Shown here piece after piece: positions 55,919 to 61,011 of a stretch of 61,011 nucleotides of DNA. How positions within the stretch are numbered: the first letter of the stretch is position 1; each line of letters starts with the position of its first letter. The position numbers and the translations under genes are program-made. Below the pieces are notes generated by a model. The model saw only the letters and a program-made list of their open reading frames with translations. It searched no databases and was not told where the DNA came from. Source of the DNA: a virus (Duplodnaviria > Caudoviricetes); the IMG/VR virus record IMGVR_UViG_3300025000_000107, positions 1 through 61,011 of that record; one strand, 5' to 3'.

Positions 55919-56533
55919 ATGGAGATTATTATGGGTTGGAGCAAAGAGGAAGCTAATGAGTATGCTAAGAAATATTATCAAGAGCATAAAGAAGAGATCG
56001 CTTTGAAGGCTAGAGAGTATAGAGAGAAGAATAGGGATGAGGTAAAAGAATATGCTAAGATTTGTAGTAAAAAGAATAAAGATAAAAGATGTTTAACTTC
56101 TAAAGAGTGGTATTATAATAATAAAGACGAGGCGTTATTAAAAAACAAGGAGTGGCGTGATAATAATAAAGATCATAGAGCTTTATATTCTAAAAATTAT
56201 AGAGAAGATAATAGAGAGAGGTTGTCAGAATATTTTAAAGATTGGAGATCACAACCCTATACAGCCTATAGGATTAGGATTGGTATTTTAAGAAACAAAT
56301 ACGGCGTAACTGAAGAATTGTTGTCAAACATGCTCAATGATCAGAGAGGTTGTTGTAAAACATGCGGTGATAGTCTGATATATTCAGACTCTAAAACAAA
56401 CTATCATATAGATCATTGTCATACTACAGGAACTGTAAGAGGTCTTTTGTGTCATAGCTGCAATGTTTCCCTAGGGCATCTAAAGGAAAATATAGACACC
56501 CTAAGGAATATGATTGCTTATTTGGAAAGTTGA
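55919..56533 (+). CDS. endonuclease VII-family HNH homing endonuclease with 15-aa repeats (likely start 55931)
   Basis: QRGCCKTCG...IDHCHTTGTVRGLLCHSCN; CACTATATAG at 55873-55882. Confidence 0.85.
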   Translation: MEIIMGWSKEEANEYAKKYYQEHKEEIALKAREYREKNRDEVKEYAKICSKKNKDKRCLTSKEWYYNNKDEALLKNKEWRDNNKDHRALYSKNYREDNRERLSEYFKDWRSQPYTAYRIRIGILRNKYGVTEELLSNMLNDQRGCCKTCGDSLIYSDSKTNYHIDHCHTTGTVRGLLCHSCNVSLGHLKENIDTLRNMIAYLES

Positions 56534-56769
56534 ACACTTTTAAGGGTATAGGCCCTCATGAGCACGGGAGCTATCTTAACAGTCAGGGGCTTCTGGACGT
56601 ATACCCTCTTTACGAGCTTACTATTAGGTTTAGGTTCAACATTAAAAGCTACAAATCCTACGATTCTTGCGTTCATTTGATCTCCTCCTATTGAGTTTTT
56701 GTATCTCAATGTTCTTCTCTGAGACAGTAACAAACAATATGACTAGCACCCAGAAGACTATAGGTTCCA

Positions 56770-56967
56770 TTATAAGATTGGCCACCTCCCTGTCCGTTCA
56801 TGAAATATCTCATCAAGTACCTCCATCCTTCTTTCTGCCAATAGTAGAAAGTCTCTTCTTTGTTCTTCTGAAAAGACTTCTACCTTATTGAGTTCCTCAA
56901 TTCGAGCATCAATCTCTTGTAGACTTAGGTCATGTCGGGTAGATGTAGGGTCCATGCATACCTCCAT
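56770..56967 (-). CDS. hypothetical early protein
   Basis: GGAGG RBS before MDPT. Confidence 0.5.
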   Translation of the reverse strand: MEVCMDPTSTRHDLSLQEIDARIEELNKVEVFSEEQRRDFLLLAERRMEVLDEIFHERTGRWPIL

Positions 56968-57019
56968 GTAGGGTCTATGTAGGGTCCACGTCTACTCGAC
57001 GTAGGGCTACATGAAAGAT

Positions 57020-57400
57020 TTATTTCCTTTGGTAACTCTTCAAGATCCTGAAGACGTTTCCGTCAGTATTGGCATCAACCTCGTACACCCTGCTGCCCAG
57101 GGTAATCAGGTAGGTTTCAGGTGCTATAGGCTCTACCTTATCAACCCAAAGGCTGTAGAAGTTAAAGATATTGTGACGAAATAAGACACCAGATTTGAGA
57201 TGTTTCTTATCATCATCATCTATAATAAATTGGCCATTCTTACTTACCCAATACTCCCTGATCATATCATCAGTAATAGCATTATTCACTCGTTCATCGT
57301 TGATGTAGGTAACTTTAGGACCTTCCATGAGAAATGACATATCGGTCCCACAATCCCTCATAATCCTATCAAGCGGGTGTAAGGTTACTTTGTACTTCAT
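57020..57400 (-). CDS. hypothetical early protein
   Basis: GGAGG RBS. Confidence 0.6.
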   Translation of the reverse strand: MKYKVTLHPLDRIMRDCGTDMSFLMEGPKVTYINDERVNNAITDDMIREYWVSKNGQFIIDDDDKKHLKSGVLFRHNIFNFYSLWVDKVEPIAPETYLITLGSRVYEVDANTDGNVFRILKSYQRK

Positions 57401-57417
57401 AATTGTTCCTCCAATAG

Positions 57418-57603
57418 TTAATAATCTTTCTCTTCGATAGCCCAGTAATTAAACTTAGAATTATAACTCATAGAGAGCGCTAACTGCTTTGCACGCTCTC
57501 TACTAATACTCTTCTTAATTACAGTACCTCTTGACCTTGTATCCCTTGGTGGTCTAACAATAACCATCCAAGAACCTGATGGTAAATTCATAACGACCTC
57601 CAT
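57418..57603 (-). CDS. hypothetical early protein
   Basis: GGAGG RBS before MNLP. Confidence 0.5.
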   Translation of the reverse strand: MEVVMNLPSGSWMVIVRPPRDTRSRGTVIKKSISRERAKQLALSMSYNSKFNYWAIEEKDY

Positions 57604-57714
57604 GTTTAAAACAGGTTTATACCTTTGTCTGATAGTTTGGTATTAGTTCGGATCAACACTCACTATATAGCTTATAAATTGCAGAACAATATTAATTTTA
57701 ATACGGAGCTTATC

Positions 57715-58341
57715 ATGGGACGAAGCAAAGAAGAAGCTAACGAGTATGCTAAAGAATATTATAAAAAGAATAAAGATGATATTTTATTAAGGACTAAAAA
57801 GTATAAAGAAGAAAATAAAGATGCTGTTAAATTAAGAAGTAAGGCTTATTATGAGAAAAATAAAGAAGCTCTTGCAGAGAAGAAAAAGGCGTATAGAGAA
57901 GAAAATAAAGAATATCTTGAAGAAAAGAGAAAGAGGTATAGAGAGGAAAATAAAGAAAAAATAAGCAATAGAAGAAAAGAGTACAGAGAGAAAAATAAGG
58001 AAAAGATAAGAGAAAATCATAGTAAATGGTATAATAGTATAGGAAAAGATTACAAGTCAGACCCTAAAAATGTAATGAACTCAAGAGCTAGTGTAATTAA
58101 AAAGAAATATGGAATAAGTATAGATGAATTATCTGATATGCTAGATAAACAAAAAGGTTGCTGTAAGATTTGTGGGGAAACATTGATAAGACCCGACTCA
58201 CAAAACAGTTACCACATAGATCATAACCACGATACAGGTGATGTAAGGGGTTTGCTATGCAGTAACTGTAATATGGCTATAGGTTTGATGTATGACAATC
58301 CAGAGATTGTAATGAGCGTGTATAACTACCTAAAGGGTTAG
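57715..58341 (+). CDS. endonuclease VII-family HNH homing endonuclease with 15-aa repeats
   Basis: Start moved to MGRSKEEANEYAK (GGAG RBS; matches paralog at 55931); QKGCCKICG...IDHNHDTGDVRGLLCSNCN; CACTATATAG at 57661-57670. Confidence 0.85.
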   Translation: MGRSKEEANEYAKEYYKKNKDDILLRTKKYKEENKDAVKLRSKAYYEKNKEALAEKKKAYREENKEYLEEKRKRYREENKEKISNRRKEYREKNKEKIRENHSKWYNSIGKDYKSDPKNVMNSRASVIKKKYGISIDELSDMLDKQKGCCKICGETLIRPDSQNSYHIDHNHDTGDVRGLLCSNCNMAIGLMYDNPEIVMSVYNYLKG

Positions 58342-58478
58342 TCCAATTCTATAAAATTCCCTCCTTAGGGTGCTCTTAGGCTCTACAGCCTGGGAGTAGC
58401 CGTCAACCCTGATAGCAGCCTCAAGGCGCTTCTCACGCCTTGATTCTACGTCCGACTTCTTTACTACCATTATCTTCT

Positions 58479-58694
58479 TCATACCAGTAAGCTCCTAAGG
58501 ATATCAATTTGATCTTCAGGGGAGTCAATCAGACACAAATCTTCATTCTCAACTACTGTAAAGATTTGAAGGTCTGTAATAGACTCGGGTAAATTTGCAT
58601 TATCCCTGAAATTTCTTACCATCGCAGTTGCCCATGATGGAACCTCTTTGAATGTCTTCATAAGGACTCCAATGTTTACACCATTTACAATCAT
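58479..58694 (-). CDS. hypothetical early protein
   Basis: ORF track; overlaps 58600-58788, so one of the two may be spurious. Confidence 0.4.
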   Translation of the reverse strand: MIVNGVNIGVLMKTFKEVPSWATAMVRNFRDNANLPESITDLQIFTVVENEDLCLIDSPEDQIDILRSLLV

Positions 58695-58788
58695 CTTTGA
58701 TGACCAGCCGATACTCGTAACACGAGCCCGACCGGCGGTTAATACGGACTGAATCGCACTTCCGGCAATTATAAAACACTCTGGTCAT
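58600..58788 (-). CDS. Cys-rich hypothetical early protein
   Basis: Starts from repeated leader AATAGGTGACTTATG. Confidence 0.5.
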   Translation of the reverse strand: MTRVFYNCRKCDSVRINRRSGSCYEYRLVIKDDCKWCKHWSPYEDIQRGSIMGNCDGKKFQG

Positions 58789-58861
58789 AAGTCACCTATT
58801 GGTTGATTTATAAGACTCATCAAGGCCCTGAAACTCAGCATTCAGGGCTATGATCAATCTT

Positions 58862-59158
58862 CTAAATACAGGACTCGATTACTGCACCGGAGAAAGCCTC
58901 TACAAGCTCTTTTTGCTCATCTGACAGGATCGAATGGTCCAGCCGGAAAACTAACAGCTCCCGCAGCTCATTGGCTGCCTTGGCACTCATTGAGAGCTGG
59001 ACCTTCTTGACCTTAATCTTGATTGTTGCCTTGTACCGTTTCGGTGTTTCCAACTTCATAGTATCTCCAGAAAGAACCCTTCCACATTCACACACTGGAC
59101 TCTCCCCTACGGGAATCCAGCCCTCGAAAACTTCAGCACCACAAAAGTCACATTTCAT
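58862..59158 (-). CDS. zinc-ribbon early protein
   Basis: CDFCG, CECG; same repeated leader. Confidence 0.6.
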   Translation of the reverse strand: MKCDFCGAEVFEGWIPVGESPVCECGRVLSGDTMKLETPKRYKATIKIKVKKVQLSMSAKAANELRELLVFRLDHSILSDEQKELVEAFSGAVIESCI

Positions 59159-59354
59159 AAGTCACCTATTGATTGATTTACATTCCAATCTGAACCCTTG
59201 GGTTCCCTGCGGGGAACATCTCGTTAGACTCGATCAGTAGTTGACAGTCACGGAGATTTCAAGGGTTCGAATTGACAGTTAAGTCATGTAGTCGATAAAC
59301 ACCTTGCAGCCCGGTTGTTAATCCATGAGGACCGCAAGGTTCTTATCGAAAGAG

Positions 59355-60083
59355 CTAGTTGATTGCCTGGATCATCTGCTCGGTTTCTGCCAGGACAGTC
59401 GGATCATCAACCTGTACCATTTCGTCGAACTGGCCAAGAGCGGCCATGAATGCATTGAACTGCTCGGATGCTCCCTTTTCGATGGCGATCTTTCCAAGGA
59501 TTGACAGGTTAGACAGAATGACCGTCTGAATCTGTATGGTGGAAAGGCCCTCGATTACGGGCTTGTTCAGAAGGGATTCAGCCTTGGCCTTAGCCTCCGC
59601 CTTGATACGCTCCACCTTCTCCCGTACAGTCTCGGTGGTTTCCGTGACAATTTCCTTCTCCTCAAGGACCTCGCCATTGGCATTCTTCTTGCGAGTCTTG
59701 GTGGCCTTGACGACCGTCTTTGCGAAATCCTCGCCCTTGATTTTGTTCCGGCTATAGAGCAAGGAGAGATCTTTCTGAACACCGTAGTCTGAGTAATGCC
59801 GATCTTTCCAGTTAAGGAAGTTCTGCATACTGACATACCAGGACCGCTTTTTGCACTCCTCAATCCGCATTCCACGCTCCCAGAGGCCGGATTCGGCTGC
59901 CCTGTTCAAGAGGAACTTCCGGCAATCCTTAAATGCTACACCCTGTTTGTGCAGCTTGACCAGGAGTTCGCCATGCAGCTTCCGAGCGGAAACATGGAAG
60001 GAACTGACCTGGCTAAGGATGCCAAAGAATTGGTCATGGCTCTCAAAGTAATTCAAATTATTCTCGTACATGTTGAACCTCAT
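59355..60083 (-). CDS. hypothetical early protein
   Basis: 242-aa ORF, GC-richer codons. Confidence 0.6.
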   Translation of the reverse strand: MRFNMYENNLNYFESHDQFFGILSQVSSFHVSARKLHGELLVKLHKQGVAFKDCRKFLLNRAAESGLWERGMRIEECKKRSWYVSMQNFLNWKDRHYSDYGVQKDLSLLYSRNKIKGEDFAKTVVKATKTRKKNANGEVLEEKEIVTETTETVREKVERIKAEAKAKAESLLNKPVIEGLSTIQIQTVILSNLSILGKIAIEKGASEQFNAFMAALGQFDEMVQVDDPTVLAETEQMIQAIN

Positions 60084-60165
60084 TTTACTACATGTTTACT
60101 TGCGTTACCTGACTGACTATCAGGCTGATACTCGCTACCCGATGAACTGGGTAGCACCTATCAGA

Positions 60166-60351
60166 CTATAATCTAACACTTCTCACCTTGAATCCGAGCT
60201 TATCCAACCACTCAGTAAGTCCAGACAACTTATTATCATGCTTGACGCAATCCCAAGACCTATGAGACCAGTATGCTCTGTAACCATCACTTTCCTTTCG
60301 GATGAACACTTCATTTTTAATCATTTCATCACCTAAATTTAATTTTAGCAT
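60166..60351 (-). CDS. hypothetical, first early gene
   Basis: AGGTG RBS before MIKN. Confidence 0.45.
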   Translation of the reverse strand: MLKLNLGDEMIKNEVFIRKESDGYRAYWSHRSWDCVKHDNKLSGLTEWLDKLGFKVRSVRL

Positions 60352-61011
60352 CTTACGTTCTAGTTAGTGGCTATAGCTGGTTAATGATCTATAGCCACCT
60401 ACTAACATGTAGTGCTATTTTCACCGGTCAGCACCTTGTCAGGGCGCTTGACACCTATCAGCACTTGTAAGGTGCTAAAGGTTGGCTATCCAATGTTTTC
60501 CTTTTCGAATTGGGCCATGTTGCAATCATGCAACGCTTGGACTCGACCCGCAACAAATCTTCAGGCGCTTGTGTGCCTCTTCAGGAAAACCTCCGAACCT
60601 CTGGGCTTTTACCTGGCAGTGTTTTAAGGGATGATTTTTTGGCTGTTACACCGTCGAATCCCTGGCGAGCAAGTCTCGCTCCGATTTCGAGGACCGCATC
60701 CTGACCAGCTAGGTGACTTCGTCGGCTCTCCACCGAACTACCCTAGTATCCTGGCTGAACCTCGAAGGTTCAAGGACTTGGTTGGCTGAATCCAGCCCTG
60801 TCCGCTTTCCTGACCCGCTTCCGAACCCGCTTTGCTTCTTGGTGCTCGCCGCTTTCCTGCCCTCTTCCCTACACCCCTTATAGGTTTTCTGCCAGTCTCG
60901 ACCGGGGTGGGGACCTTTCCTATAGCGACCCGACGACCCCCGCAGGTGCTGAAGGCCCCTCCGTGCGCATGCGGGGGGTGCCCTTAGCCTCAATATTGCT
61001 CCAAAACTTTT

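Noticed and set aside
57625-57714. N-terminal extension of the last HNH ORF in the ORF track
   Set aside because: It spans the promoter motif and RBS; the paralog comparison places the start at 57715.
1-61011. Stop-codon recoding as the explanation for short ORFs
   Set aside because: Conserved long genes are intact in the standard code, all three stops are used, and adjacent small ORFs are in different frames with their own starts.
60412-61011. ORFs in the GC-rich right end
   Set aside because: No convincing RBS or protein-like composition; probably a non-coding terminal or early-promoter region. No terminal direct repeat was evident.

Overview
The window looks like an essentially complete ~61 kb lytic podovirus-type phage genome. 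I saw no integrase, tRNA, rRNA or CRISPR array. The + strand (1-32.7 kb) carries the packaging, virion and lysis module: terminase, portal, scaffold, capsid, tail adaptor and nozzle, two paralogous tail-fibre/chaperone pairs, ejection proteins, a 2529-aa polyvalent protein, exported proteins and an endolysin. The - strand (32.8-60.4 kb) carries early, replication and nucleotide genes: T7-like primase-helicase, a split family A DNA polymerase, SSB, exonuclease, endonuclease I, class II RNR, dUTPase, a ThyX-like protein, a sigma factor, an amidoligase/GATase/ATP-grasp cluster and a PHA depolymerase/synthase-like hydrolase. There are seven HNH/EndoVII endonuclease genes. The strongest unexplained signal is a family of about 15 translationally coupled 42-75 aa microproteins, mostly below the ORF-track cutoff. 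They share a hydrophobic N-terminal strand and a C-terminal L-x-[VI]-[KR]-R-x-h motif around a hypervariable middle. They sit in tandem arrays, one of which splits the DNA polymerase between in-phase TAATGA direct repeats. Other notable signals are a recurrent CACTATATAG promoter-like motif and a sigma-70 region-2-like segment inside the giant virion protein. All calls come from motif recognition by eye; no database search was run.
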